Below, in pieces: positions 32,601-43,836 of a stretch of 64,000 nt of DNA. The translations under genes were made by a program, and so were the position numbers. The stretch is from Paramoeba atlantica (taxonomy: Eukaryota; Protista; Discosea). Numbering within the stretch: the stretch's first letter is position 1; the number at the start of each line of letters is the position of its first letter. Where the stretch lies: NCBI GenBank assembly GCA_977017575.1, contig CDRNVI010000020.1:536154-600153 (forward strand), in the 5' to 3' direction. The notes beneath the pieces are model-generated. The model saw nothing but the letters and a program-made list of their open reading frames with translations, did not search any database and was not told the origin of the DNA.

Positions 32601-34290
32601 CATTTGCAGTGTATTCATTAAAAGCTTTCTTAGATTCGTCAGATCGCAGTTTTTGCCAGCATATCGCAGTGCTGCCTTTCTCTGCGGGGGCTTTCCATTT
32701 GATCGCAAGGTGAACTAAAACAAGACAGTGCTGCGTTGGGAAAGGGGCTTTAAGAACTTTATGTCGCTGAATGGCTGACGCAAAGCGGTTGGAGATTGCG
32801 ATGTGATCAAGCTGTCTTTTGCTATCGTTTGGGAGCTGACATGTCCAGATTCTAGAGCTGGGGCATGTGGAATGTGCCGATTTAAGGCCGATGTCAACAA
32901 GTAGGGCTTTTAACCTAGACACTGCCGCAATATCTTCCTTGCTATTACTGATCGTCAACGGGGAATTCAAATCACCTATTAAAACTGTTGGTCTATTCGG
33001 TTAGTGGATTCAACTTCGCGGAATGTCTTTATCAAAGATGCGTCGAAGAGAGATTTCGCCTCCTGAGAAGCGTCTCGAATCGGTCCGTACACATTTATTA
33101 GCGTAGCGAGGCCTTTCTCACAGGAAAATTGAGCTGCCATTATTCTGTCAGAGATGGCTCGGACTCCGTATAATGGGAAAACAGAAATGAAAGCCATTCC
33201 ATTATAAGAAGTTGTATATCTAGCGGAAAGAAAATAAAGATGGTAGACGGTGCCGGCATCTTCTAACTGCTGATGCAGAATGTTCCCTGTAACCTCAGTT
33301 TTAAACCGAAGCCTAGTCTCCTGCGATCCAAGAATATGAATTTGGTGCTTGTCCATAAAAGCGATAATTTCGGCAAGCCGGCAGCAGGATTTAATCGAAA
33401 AAAGGTCTCCCCCCTCAAGCTTCAGTGAAGTAACGTTTAGGCTCGAAATAGACAATTTACCCTTCTTAGCGAGACCAGTGTGGTCCTCCACGTCACGATC
33501 GACAAGCTTGCCAGGCGATGTCGATTTTTTGCAGCGGCGGCATCGTCGCTTGCGCCGGAGAGGTGAAGATCTCACTCCTACGGCAGATATAATAATATTC
33601 GGCGAAATGGGGGGAAAGGGCAACGCAATGTTTGCTCTCTGATCATACTTCACCATGCACTGCGAAGTATGAGCACATCGCTCCAAAACTTTACCCTCCC
33701 AGAGTCGATATCCACCGCCATCACAATACCGCCACACAACTGCAATCTTGCACCCCTTTTGCATCCAACGCAGCGAAGTGAATACCGCTCTGCGGCGGAG
33801 TTTCGGGTGCTCTTTAGCCTCCGGATAAGGCGGAAGAAAAAGAACACCCCGACCAAGCGTGGAGCGATCCAAAGCCAGCTGAACTTTTCTGACTTCATCC
33901 GCACCGGACGCCATTTCTTTCCGCCATTTCTTTGTAAAAAAAATAAACAAAAAGTTGTTCTAAACAAAAAGTTGGTCTAAACAAAAAGTTGGTCTAAACA
34001 AAAAGGTGGTTTTAAACAAAAAGTTGGTCTAAACAAAAAGTTGGTCTAAACAAAAAGTTGGTCTAAACAAAAAGTTGGTCTAAACAAAAAGTTGGTCTAA
34101 ACAAAAAGTTGGTCTAAACAAAAAGTTGGTCTAAACAAAAAGTTGGTCTAAACAAAAAGTTGGTCTAAACAAAAAGTTGGTCTAAACAAAAAGTTGGTCT
34201 AAAAAAAAAGTTGGTCTAAACAAAAAGTTGGTCTAAACAAAAAGTTGGTCTAAACAAAAAGTTGGTCTAAACAAAAAGTCTAAACAAACA
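29627..34290 (-). mobile_element. Full-length but pseudogenised APE-RT-RNase H non-LTR retrotransposon (element A)
   Basis: TSD AATTATTCATC at 29616-29626 and 34291-34301; (TATG)n 3' tail; 17-bp array at the 5' end; ATG at 33914. Motifs LSISSLNV, QETR, QLDHIAIS, RAPGLDDIP, WRPICL, GILQGDVFAPYLF, YADDL, VYVDAS, HTDSYY and KVRAH are split over six ORF fragments. Confidence 0.92.
33944..34280. repeat. 17-bp tandem array (TAAACAAAAAGTTGGTC), ~19-20 units, forming the 5' end of element A
   Basis: Directly visible. Variant units at ~33944, ~33995 and 34200. Confidence 0.97.
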
Positions 34291-34343
34291 AATTATTCAT
34301 CGTACTTATCTGATGATCTTGGGCTATTTTCAACTTGATTCCA

Positions 34344-34734
34344 CCATCTTTTTGTTAAGACCATCTTTTTGTTAAGACCATCTTTTTGTTAAGACCATCT
34401 TTTTGTTAAGACCATCTTTTTGTTAAGACCATCTTTTTGTTAAGACCATCTTTTTGTTAAGACCATCTTTTTGTTAAGACCATCTTTTTGTTAAGACCAT
34501 CTTTTTGTTAAGACCATCTTTTTGTTAAGACCATCTTTTTGTTAAGACCATCTTTTTGTTAAGACCATCTTTTTGTTAAGACCATCTTTTTGTTAAGACC
34601 ATCTTTTTGTTAAGACCATCTTTTTGTTAAGACCATCTTTTTGTTAAGACCATCTTTTTGTTAAGACCATCTTTTTGTTAAGACCATCTTTTTGTTAAGA
34701 CCATCTTTTTGTTAAGACCATCTTTTTGTTAAGA
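34344..34734. repeat. 17-bp tandem array (CCATCTTTTTGTTAAGA) x23, forming the 5' end of element B
   Basis: 23 perfect units ending 10 bp before the ATG at 34745. The reverse complement differs from the element A unit at only 2 of 17 positions. Confidence 0.97.
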
Positions 34735-34744
34735 TTTTAACAAA

Positions 34745-37700
34745 ATGACGACGGATGCGTCCGGTGCGGTCGAGGTGCGCGTTGTTCGCGAATGTCTCGA
34801 TCGTTCCACGCTTGGTCGGGGCTCTCTTTTTCTGCCGCCTATTCCGGTTGAAAATAAGGGCGCAAAACTCCGTCGCAGTGCGTTATCAAGTCTCATGCGC
34901 TGGATGCGTAGAGGTTGCCATATTGCAGTCGTATGGCGGTATGATGGTTCTCGGAAATACCGACTATGGGAGGGAGATGTTATGGGAAACTTTGAGGATA
35001 CTGATCGCTTCAGCGTGAAGTATCATCAAAGAGCTGACCTGGTGTTTCCCTTCCCCCCCATTTCCGCAAGAGTTATCATATGCGCTGTTCGAATGAGATC
35101 GGCTCCCTCCCGGCGTAAGAGGCGATGGCGTCGCTGCGCTACCAAATCGACGTCGCCCGGCGAGCATGTCGATCGCGCTTTGGAGAACCAAAATGGTTCG
35201 GCTGTGAAGGAGAAGTTGTCGATAGCGACCCTGAATGTGACCTCATTAAAATTAGAGGGGGGGGATTTGTTTTCTATTCGATCGTGTGTCCGATTGAAGG
35301 AAATATTGAACCTTATGAGTAGCAAGAGGATTCACATACTGGGGTTGCAGGAAACGAGGTTCCGTTTTGATTCTCGTCTCTTTGGTGAGATTCTACGTCA
35401 GCAAACGGAGGACACCGGCGTTACGTATTACTTATATTTTTCCTCAGCAACGTCCGACCGTTCTTACAACGGAATGGCGCTCGTTAGTACTTTTCCATTG
35501 GAAAAGGTGCGGGTTATCTCAGAACGGATTATGACTGCACAGTTTCCTTGGGAAAACGGGAACGCTACACTATTCAATGTGTACGGTCCCATTAGGGATT
35601 CTTCTAAGGAAATGAAATCTACCTTCGACGCTTCTTTAAGAAAGGCCGTTCGCGATCTTGAATCCACGAACCCCCAACGACCTACGATCTTAATTGGAGA
35701 TTTTAATTCCCCTTTAACGCTGGTCAACAAAACTGCTGAAGACAAAGCAGCTGTAGCACGATTTCGCGCCTTACTTGTAGACGTTGGTTGCAAGTCTGCC
35801 CACACTCTCTCACCAAGCTCTCGAAAGTGGACTTGTAAACTTCCCAATGGCGCTGAGAGACAACTAGATCATATTATAATTTCCAATCGATACGCGTCAG
35901 CAATACAACATCATAAAGTTTTACTTGCTCCTTTCCCAACGCAGCACTGCTCGGTTGTCACCCGTCTCAAGATTAAGTGGAAAGCGCATGAAACACAACC
36001 TGGCAATCATTTGCCATGGTACAACCTAAAATCAGAAAATATTTGCAAGGAATTCAATAAATGTACCCAACAAGCTGTTTTCAAAGTAATCGGAGAGGGA
36101 AGACCCGACCCGTGGGAGGTTTTATCAGAGGGGATACTATATGCGGCACAGAAAACACTTCCGGATTTCGAGGCACCAAGTGACTTAAGTAAATCCAATG
36201 GGCAACGAGAAGAAACAAACAAACAAGAGGAAATATTATCACTCAGCGCCCTGTACAAATCTAGTCGAAATGCGCATACATTCAAAGGTCTTGTAGACAA
36301 GAGTCGTGAGCAAATTGAGGAAACAATTGAAGCTGAATGTGCAATTCTCCAAGAAAAACTACGGAAAAACCATTCCAGCCCTTGGAGATTCATTCGCGAA
36401 ATATGCGGAATGAGGAAAACAGTTTTTAATTATGGCGCAGGTCAATCAAACCGGAAACGACTAGCAGCCGTTAAGGACTTTTTCTCTAAAATTGCTAACC
36501 GAGGTGTTGGAGACACAAAAGTTGAATTTGATGAGACCAAAAACTTTGAAGGAGAAATCATGGATTCACCTTTCACAGAAGATGAACTTGCATGCGCTGC
36601 GCGTAGACTTAAACGAGGAAAAGCTCCAGGACTCGACGAGATACCAGCGGAAGCGTACATATCCATACTCGAAGAAAATTCTTTACGCCATCTCCTTCTT
36701 GGAATCATCAACAAAGCCCTTGAAACGGGAAAGACGCACCATCTCTGGAAAACCGTTCTGCAAGTCCCCGTACCGAAAAAAGGTGATCTTTCCGAGCTGC
36801 GGAATTGGCGCCCAATATGTCTTGTCAACGTTATCCTCAAGCTAATTAACGGTATGATTTTGAATCGTATTCGGCCCTCGACCGAGCGAGTTCTACGCGA
36901 AAATCAATATGGTTTCCGCCCGGAGAGGTCCACCTGTGGAGCCCAAATTATTCTCAATGAAATCCTCACGAAATCAAGACGGAATCGAAGTCACGAAAAT
37001 GTCATGATTGCTTTCATCGACTTCGCGAGTGCCTTTCCATCGCTTTCACACTCATCTATCAGGGCAGCGTTACATTCGTTCCACGTAGGACCTCGAATGA
37101 CAACCCTTGCAATGTCGGCCTACGAGGGCTTAGAGGCCATTGTACGTACCCCGTTTGGGAAAACCAGCTCCTTTCCTATTACCTCGGGTATTTTGCAAGG
37201 GGATGTGCTGGCTCCGTATTTATTTATCATGGTTCTCGATCGCATCCTTCACGCGGCATTGAAAAATAAAGATGATGGACTAACGCTGAGCTCCGCCGGA
37301 ACCAGAAAACGTGGATATAAATCAACACGAGTGACTGATATTGATTACGCTGATGATTTGATCCTGTTTTCCGACTCCAAACGTTCATTAGAAAGGATGG
37401 TCGACAGCGTCGCTACTGAAGCATCCAAAGCTAATTTGAGTATAGCCGCTGGTGTCAACAAAACGGCATGGATGTCCATCTCGAAGAATGAGAATAAGGA
37501 TGGCGATCTCCTTTCATCAACTTGTGGGAACATTCCGAAAGTAAAATCGTACCGCCATCTGGGGCATGTTCAGCATGAAACCGAGCCTAAATTAACATTA
37601 ACCGACAGATTACGTTTGACGTGGGCGTGTTTTAGCAAACTACGAGGTATTTGGATCTCGCCTCTTCGCGTAAAGGCTAAGCTTCGAATTTTTGACACCC

Positions 37701-38905
37701 TTGTCTATCCCATACTAAACTACGGTACGTCATCCATGGTGATATCGGCATCGCAGGTGAGAAACGTTGAAGTACAGGTAAACAACATGAGGCGCATCGT
37801 GTGTGACGCCGTAGGAGTTGATGAGAATGGGCATTGTTATCCTATTGAATCTCTGTACCACAACACGCTACATTTCAATACAATACATCGTATTAATCGG
37901 GCGCGCCTTGTGGGTCACCAAATTAGGCACTCTGAGATCTACCGCTCTTTAGTAGGATGGGGCTCCCGGGAAAAGGCGAGATTTCCATCGCCTTCCGAAG
38001 CATGCGCACAAGACCTTGGGATTGAGATGGAAGAAATGCTTGTATATGCCTCTGATCGCGCACACTGGGCCAAATTAATTGAAAACCTCTCAGAGAGACT
38101 CGAGCCCTCAGAGTCTTATATTGGCTACAAAAGTCCTAAATGGAAACTAGCATACAAAAACGCTTTAAAAGAAACAGTGTGTAATAAATTACAATTTATC
38201 GAAGAAGGGGAAACCCCTTTTCCTGTAAAACCAGAGGAAATGCATGCGTACGTGGATGCTTCTATCTCCGATGATACGGACACAAGGGTAAAGGTAGCAG
38301 TTGGATGTGTAATAGTAAACGCAGAGAAGCATGAAAGTTTTTCGTCCTCCCTATCCTACCTGGAAACCAAATCTCCTGAAAGAGCCGAAATTCACGCTGC
38401 CCTATTTGGTTTGAGTAAACTAAAAGAAGTTGAAAATGTTGTTGTACACACAGATTCGTATTATGTGTGGAATTTTGTAAATATGCGCCGAAGGAAAGAT
38501 CGACTGGTTGGTTTTGAAGGCTCGAATTCCGATCTGCTTAGTTTTCTGGATAGTTTTATTCGATCAGCGCATTGTCAGGGGAGAACCATCACCTTTATTA
38601 AGGTCCGAGGCCATTCAGGGAATAAATGGAATGAAGAAGCGGATACCTTAAGTAAAAAGCTCGTTAGTTCGGAACCTATTTCTAAACGAAGAAAAAACCT
38701 GAACCGAGGAAATGAATCGGCCCACTCCGAATATGAGTGGATAGCGTGCCTTAAAACAATAGAAAAGAAAACCACGAACCCAACCCGTGAGGAGCGTCGG
38801 ATGCGGCGTAAGAGAAAAGGTAAGTTACTAGACACCGCGTCCTCGCTTGCTAACGCAGAATTTGAACAAAGCGAAAAGAAACATTTCCGAACATCCAACC
38901 TGTAA
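34745..38905 (+). CDS. Retrotransposon polyprotein: N-terminal domain, AP endonuclease, reverse transcriptase, RNase H
   Basis: APE motifs LSIATLNV, LGLQET, NVYGP, ILIGDFNS, QLDHI. RT motifs KAPGLDEIP, WRPICL, QYGFRP, FIDFASAF, GILQGDVLAPYLF, YADD, YRHLG. RNase H motifs AYVDAS, AEIHAA, VHTDS, KVRGHSGNKWNEEAD. Confidence 0.95.
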   Translation: MTTDASGAVEVRVVRECLDRSTLGRGSLFLPPIPVENKGAKLRRSALSSLMRWMRRGCHIAVVWRYDGSRKYRLWEGDVMGNFEDTDRFSVKYHQRADLVFPFPPISARVIICAVRMRSAPSRRKRRWRRCATKSTSPGEHVDRALENQNGSAVKEKLSIATLNVTSLKLEGGDLFSIRSCVRLKEILNLMSSKRIHILGLQETRFRFDSRLFGEILRQQTEDTGVTYYLYFSSATSDRSYNGMALVSTFPLEKVRVISERIMTAQFPWENGNATLFNVYGPIRDSSKEMKSTFDASLRKAVRDLESTNPQRPTILIGDFNSPLTLVNKTAEDKAAVARFRALLVDVGCKSAHTLSPSSRKWTCKLPNGAERQLDHIIISNRYASAIQHHKVLLAPFPTQHCSVVTRLKIKWKAHETQPGNHLPWYNLKSENICKEFNKCTQQAVFKVIGEGRPDPWEVLSEGILYAAQKTLPDFEAPSDLSKSNGQREETNKQEEILSLSALYKSSRNAHTFKGLVDKSREQIEETIEAECAILQEKLRKNHSSPWRFIREICGMRKTVFNYGAGQSNRKRLAAVKDFFSKIANRGVGDTKVEFDETKNFEGEIMDSPFTEDELACAARRLKRGKAPGLDEIPAEAYISILEENSLRHLLLGIINKALETGKTHHLWKTVLQVPVPKKGDLSELRNWRPICLVNVILKLINGMILNRIRPSTERVLRENQYGFRPERSTCGAQIILNEILTKSRRNRSHENVMIAFIDFASAFPSLSHSSIRAALHSFHVGPRMTTLAMSAYEGLEAIVRTPFGKTSSFPITSGILQGDVLAPYLFIMVLDRILHAALKNKDDGLTLSSAGTRKRGYKSTRVTDIDYADDLILFSDSKRSLERMVDSVATEASKANLSIAAGVNKTAWMSISKNENKDGDLLSSTCGNIPKVKSYRHLGHVQHETEPKLTLTDRLRLTWACFSKLRGIWISPLRVKAKLRIFDTLVYPILNYGTSSMVISASQVRNVEVQVNNMRRIVCDAVGVDENGHCYPIESLYHNTLHFNTIHRINRARLVGHQIRHSEIYRSLVGWGSREKARFPSPSEACAQDLGIEMEEMLVYASDRAHWAKLIENLSERLEPSESYIGYKSPKWKLAYKNALKETVCNKLQFIEEGETPFPVKPEEMHAYVDASISDDTDTRVKVAVGCVIVNAEKHESFSSSLSYLETKSPERAEIHAALFGLSKLKEVENVVVHTDSYYVWNFVNMRRRKDRLVGFEGSNSDLLSFLDSFIRSAHCQGRTITFIKVRGHSGNKWNEEADTLSKKLVSSEPISKRRKNLNRGNESAHSEYEWIACLKTIEKKTTNPTREERRMRRKRKGKLLDTASSLANAEFEQSEKKHFRTSNL

Positions 38906-39081
38906 ACTCAGGGGTGTACTCAAAACGAAAGTAATGGAAAAATATATCTACCAATAGGGCGCACGATGGTGTGGGAATCAAATTCTATTAGTTCTAGTTT
39001 TAGGAGCATATATTTAGTGAAGCTTGAACAGTTTCTCAATTGAAGGGTAATGCCTTCAGTGTTGTGTGTGTGTGTGTGTGT

Positions 39082-39447
39082 GTCTAAACAAAAAGTTGGT
39101 CTAAACAAAAAGTTGGTCTAAACAAAAAGTTGGTCTAAACAAAAAGTTGGTCTAAACAAAAAGTTGGTCTAAACAAAAAGTTGGTCTAAACAAAAAGTTG
39201 GTCTAAACAAAAAGTTGGTCTAAACAAAAAGTTGGTCTAAACAAAAAGTTGGTCTAAACAAAAAGTTGGTCTAAACAAAAAGTTGGTCTAAACAAAAAGT
39301 TGGTCTAAAAAAAAAGTTGGTCTAAACAAAAAGTTGGTCTAAACAAAAAGTTGGTCTAAACAAAAAGTTGGTCTAAACAAAAAGTCTAAACAAACAAATT
39401 ATTCATCGTACTTATCTGATGATCTTGGGCTATTTTCAACTTGATTC
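39082..39447. repeat. Direct copy of the element A 17-bp array plus ~60 bp of flank
   Basis: Same marker unit (taaaaaaaaagttggtc), same truncated last unit (aaaaagtctaaacaaac) and same following 60 bp as ~33978-34341. Confidence 0.93.
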
Positions 39448-39920
39448 TCATAAAACAATTAAGGGAACATTAAATAAGGGAACACTAATTAAGGGAATAA
39501 TTTTTTTTGTAAATCATATTCCCTTAATTAGTGTAACCCCCCTTGAAGCGAAGGTCTTGGGCGACCTAAATTCCATAGAGACCCTAAAGCAGTACCCTTC
39601 TTCTCCTAGAGGAAAGGGTCATGATGACACAAATGGCTTGGGTCCGAGCAAAGCTTCTCGCGAATGGGAAAGAGTTCATGGTACGTTTCACTCAATTTTT
39701 TTTGTGAAATGAGTGACTAAATGAAACTTTTCTTCAATGGCGTGTTTTTTTGGCAAACAGTAAGAATTGGCAAAGTTTGGTAAAAAAGTGAACATATGTT
39801 GCGGCAACATATGTTGTGTCAACAAAAGTCGTGTTAATCCCAGAAATTAACATGACTTTTGTTGACATAACTTAATTTCCCCCCTGTATGCCCCCCATGG
39901 AACCCCCCATGGACCCTCAA
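39397..39920. repeat. R2 family 3' half containing the empty Tc1 site (TA at 39810-39811)
   Basis: Identity to 17990-18406 joined directly to 19661-19778. Confidence 0.92.
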
Positions 39921-40202
39921 TTGATGATTTTTTCATCAAAATAGCAAGCCCAACGCGCACACAGCCCCCAAAGGACCAAAATCGAGCACAAGAGCACAGA
40001 CCGCGCCGCTTCGCGGCGCGAAAGAATTTTTGGTCCTTTTCTGCTAATTTTTTAATTAGGCTCTTCGATAAACGCGGCGGTTGTCTTCAACCTAGAAGTC
40101 ACTCATGCTGCGCGCTTCGCGTTGAAAACTTCCACCGCGTTTAACGAAGAGCCTAAGAAAGAAAAATGGGCCTGAATGAAAAATTGGGCCTGATGAAAGA
40201 AA

Positions 40203-40408
40203 TGCCACTCCGCCACCTCCGCCCGGCTTACGCCTCTTGGGTGTGCCGTGTTGACGTACAGTTCGTCGACGCATCGTGTTGGCAACAGCACGTTGGTGCC
40301 GCCTTGGACAAGCGGAAACTGGTAGAGGACGTCGGCCTCGGAACTTCCAAATCTGTCTGTGAAGGTTCTGGATTGCCAGTGACCATCCGGAGCAATCCGG
40401 AATGATTT
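40203..40408 (-). repeat. Partial TIR-enclosed tRNA-headed element (left arm plus start of head)
   Basis: Reverse complement of 44520-44725. Confidence 0.85.
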
Positions 40409-40709
40409 GGATTGGACACGTTCCAGTTCATCATCCTGCGATATTGCGTGAGCTCTGTTGCGCTCAGCTTGTGTGATTCGAAGTCGAAAAGCGCGAGCTT
40501 CAGCATGCTGCGGATCGCGGTAAAAATGCTTTTGAAGCCCCTTAAACGTGAACATTTGTTCGGTAGCGCACAAAGTGCACTTGAATTTGTTCTGTTCGCA
40601 GGGGATGGCAAATTCGATCCAATCGATTTGAACATAAGAGGTTTGAACATAACGAAGAGCCTAAAAAAGATTGCGGTGGTTGTATAACTACCTTGCTGAA
40701 GAGGAGGTG

Positions 40710-41076
40710 GCGGAGGAGGTGGCGGAGTGGCAAGAATTCAAAGTTTCAAGCACATGGTGCTCAGACGGCGAGTTCAAACCCGCTCATCGCATTATTCCCG
40801 GCGGCCTTACTCCAAGAGGCTGGGCTGAGAACCGACTAGGCCCAGTACTCGGAGGACCGTCCCGGACCCTCCCCTCAGGGAACTAGCTCCCTTACACGGC
40901 TTACACCTCTTGGGTGTGCCGTGTTGACGTACAGTTCGTCGACGCAGCGTGTTGGCAACAGCACGTTGGTTCCGCCTTGGGCAAGCGGAAACTGGTAGAG
41001 GACGTCGTCCTCGGAACTTCCAAATCTGTCTGTGAAGGGTCTGGCTTGCCAGTGACCATCCGGAGCAATCCGGAAT
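40710..41076 (+). repeat. Partial TIR-enclosed tRNA-headed element (core plus right arm)
   Basis: Matches 44706-45070. Confidence 0.85.
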
Positions 41077-42499
41077 AAACAACAAACAACGACATAATAT
41101 GCGCACTTGATACCAAATGCTGGGATCCCATCTGCTGGGATAATGCCCGTTGTTCCTTGTATCTGTGCGAAATACGTACATACTTCGCAGATGAACATTC
41201 ATATCAGTTGGGAGCACCTGTGAAGGGTTTCCCATACTGAGTATGTGTCGCATCATAGATTTGACACTTTGTTTACGTATGGCGCGGAGTTCACACACAT
41301 ACGATCCAATGGAGAAACTTACGTGAAGCTCCCATTTAGGATGCAGATACGCCATTTCCCGATGTTTAAGAGAATTCGCTTGAGTCGTATCCACCATGAC
41401 TGGTGGTAAATCTTGCAAGATAGCGAAGTAATTGCAAGGAATACATAAATGCATTCCTTCGCAATGTTGTGCTACATGCTTGGTCATAGCCTCTTTTTCA
41501 AGAGGTGTTTCAGAACACCCAGGCAGTTTTCACTGGTATGTGTTTTCCGTTTCAAGGACGTTTTCTGTCCAAAATGCGTATCACTGCTTGTGCTCAGAGC
41601 ACTTTGCAGGATTGTGCTTCTTGCTGGGCCGCCACAGCAGTTGGAGTCAGCACCACCTTCGCCGTTACCATCACACGCGCCGCTGCGACCTTCTCTGCCG
41701 AATCATCCGCAGTCGGTACCTTCTTCGCCGCTACCATCGACGCCGCTACCAAACACGTCAGCGCGGTTGTTTGCGACCCCAATTCATTCGCAATCGCCGT
41801 TACCACAGGCACGGTCGGTACCACCGCCTCCGACATCGCACGTGCGATCGTCTCCGATGCCACATCATCCGCAATCGCCGCCACCTTCGCCACCGCAGCC
41901 ACCTTTGCCACCGCAGCCACCTTCGCCACCGCTGCCGCAGTCGCAGTCGGTACCGTCTTCGCCTCGACCATCTCACGCACCGTTGCAAATAAAATCTCTG
42001 ACGCACAGTCATCCGGAATCTCCTCCACCGGTGCCAACGCCGAAGCAGTCGGTCAAGAATCCGCCAAAGAAACCGCCCTTCTACGACACACTCGCCGCAC
42101 ATTTCCCGTCCCGCTTCCCCACGAGGGCCAGGCGTAATCGTTTCCAAGTCTCTTCACCGACCACGAAACCCCCGCCAAAACAACATATACCGCCCATAGC
42201 ACTAGTTCCAGAGCCTCCTTCGGCGCCATCTTAGCCATCTCTGGTCATAACGCCCTCTCTGCCTTCTTTTCCTCCATCATCTCTGCATGAATCTCGTCCG
42301 AGCATGCACACGGCATCCCGGAGAGCGATGGTACAAGCACTGAATGGTGTGAGTGTTGAATCAAAATCTACAGATCTTGAAAGCAAAGGAAGCTCTTCGA
42401 CACCGTCCCCACTGCCGCCTCCCTTACCAACGCCGAACACGCCACCACCTATTATGCACTGTGAGGAGTCGCCCATTGCAAAAGGAGTAACGCACAACC

Positions 42500-43805
42500 T
42501 ATAACGGGAGGAGCAACGTGCAACCTATACAGAACTCCAATCTTCGACACTGATTTCGAGAATCCTGAAGAGTACACAGTCATTGCCAATAATCATGCAC
42601 ACGATCAAAGATGCCAAAACACATCAACCCCCTCATTCCCACAAAATACAAATCATCAAGCACCTATTTGTGTTGATGATGAGGTTTTCGATTGCCCATC
42701 TCCACCAAAGGATACGACGATCTACGAACAAGCAACGAGTATTGTCGTTTTTCCCCGCGAAAATCAGACATCGAATGCACCTCCACACGAGAATAATCGG
42801 ACGGTAACCCACGAGCCAAGTGTATCTGAAGAAAATATATCAAAAGACATAGAAGCATCCATCGAAGAGTTCGCGATAGGGAACAATATGATAGAAAAAA
42901 TACACCCTTCTCAGCAATTCCCTTTGTCCCATCATTCCGTACTGATGTCAACAAAACAGGCAAAAGCAGATGACACAGTTATGGTGGCGTGGAGTTTCGA
43001 CTGTCAAGAACAGTTTAACGTATCGAAAGGAACAGTCAAAAATGTGCGAGGAAGAGCTGGAAAAGGGAAAATAAGCCTGGAGTATTTCGGAATACACGGA
43101 CACAAACAGGGTAAATCATTCATCGGCTTCCTTCCTCCACAGTCCAATGTGCGTGTCTATCATCTTGTTTGGAAAAACGGGGAAGGAAATTATGATATTT
43201 CGCAAGCCGCAAGCGATCCAGCACTCAACGATCCCTCGATGGCGTACAATAACACAACTGCGGACATGGATTTTGAACCAATCCCGACACAACGCAATAT
43301 AAGTCCAGAATATGCTTCATGCGTTTCGCCATATTTCGAGGAATAATTGGTGATTATAAGGAATGCAAGATGAGAGAAGTCTTATATGGAATCGCGCCTT
43401 ATCAGCCGTTAAGTACTCACTCACAACCGTCCAGATAGCCGAGGCCAAACGCAGATGGCGACGTCCACTGAAAGAAAACCTTGAATCAACCACATCGCCT
43501 TAACAAGAAATCGACAAACGAGCAATTAAAAAAGCTATTCGATTCGTGCTGGAAGGTGCAGTCTAAAAAGCCACTAAAGTACTAGACAGGAAAATCAAGC
43601 CAAACGCTCTATCCGACGAAGAAATTTTCTCCCAGCTTAAAGCATTGCATCCGGATGGCCCGATTACATTTCAGTTGCCTCATGATGCACCCCAAATCGC
43701 ATGCATTACAACCTAGGAGCTCCGTTTCGTAGGACGTCGTTTGGCAAAGGGGGCAGCACAAGGCCCCACAGGACTGACCGACGGCATCATTCGTCTACTG
43801 TTAGA

Positions 43806-43806
<1 letters not shown>
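42500..43806 (+). pseudogene. N-terminal part of a SLACS/CRE-like retroelement ORF
   Basis: Open stretch ~42504-43346, then stop-interrupted LKALHPDGP...LAKGAAQGPTGLTDGIIRLLLD (pre-RT region). It continues after the SINE insertion at 44253. Confidence 0.6.

Positions 43807-43836
<30 letters not shown>

Larger units (their letters stand above)
34342..39083 (+). mobile_element. Full-length APE-RT-RNase H non-LTR retrotransposon (element B) with intact ORF
   Basis: 5' 17-bp array, single 1386-aa ORF, ~155-nt 3' UTR and (GT)n tail at ~39063-39083. Confidence 0.93.

Noticed and set aside
33944-34734. 17-bp arrays as CRISPR arrays
   Set aside because: Units are directly adjacent with no unique spacers, there are no cas genes and the context is eukaryotic; they are retroelement 5' tandem repeats.
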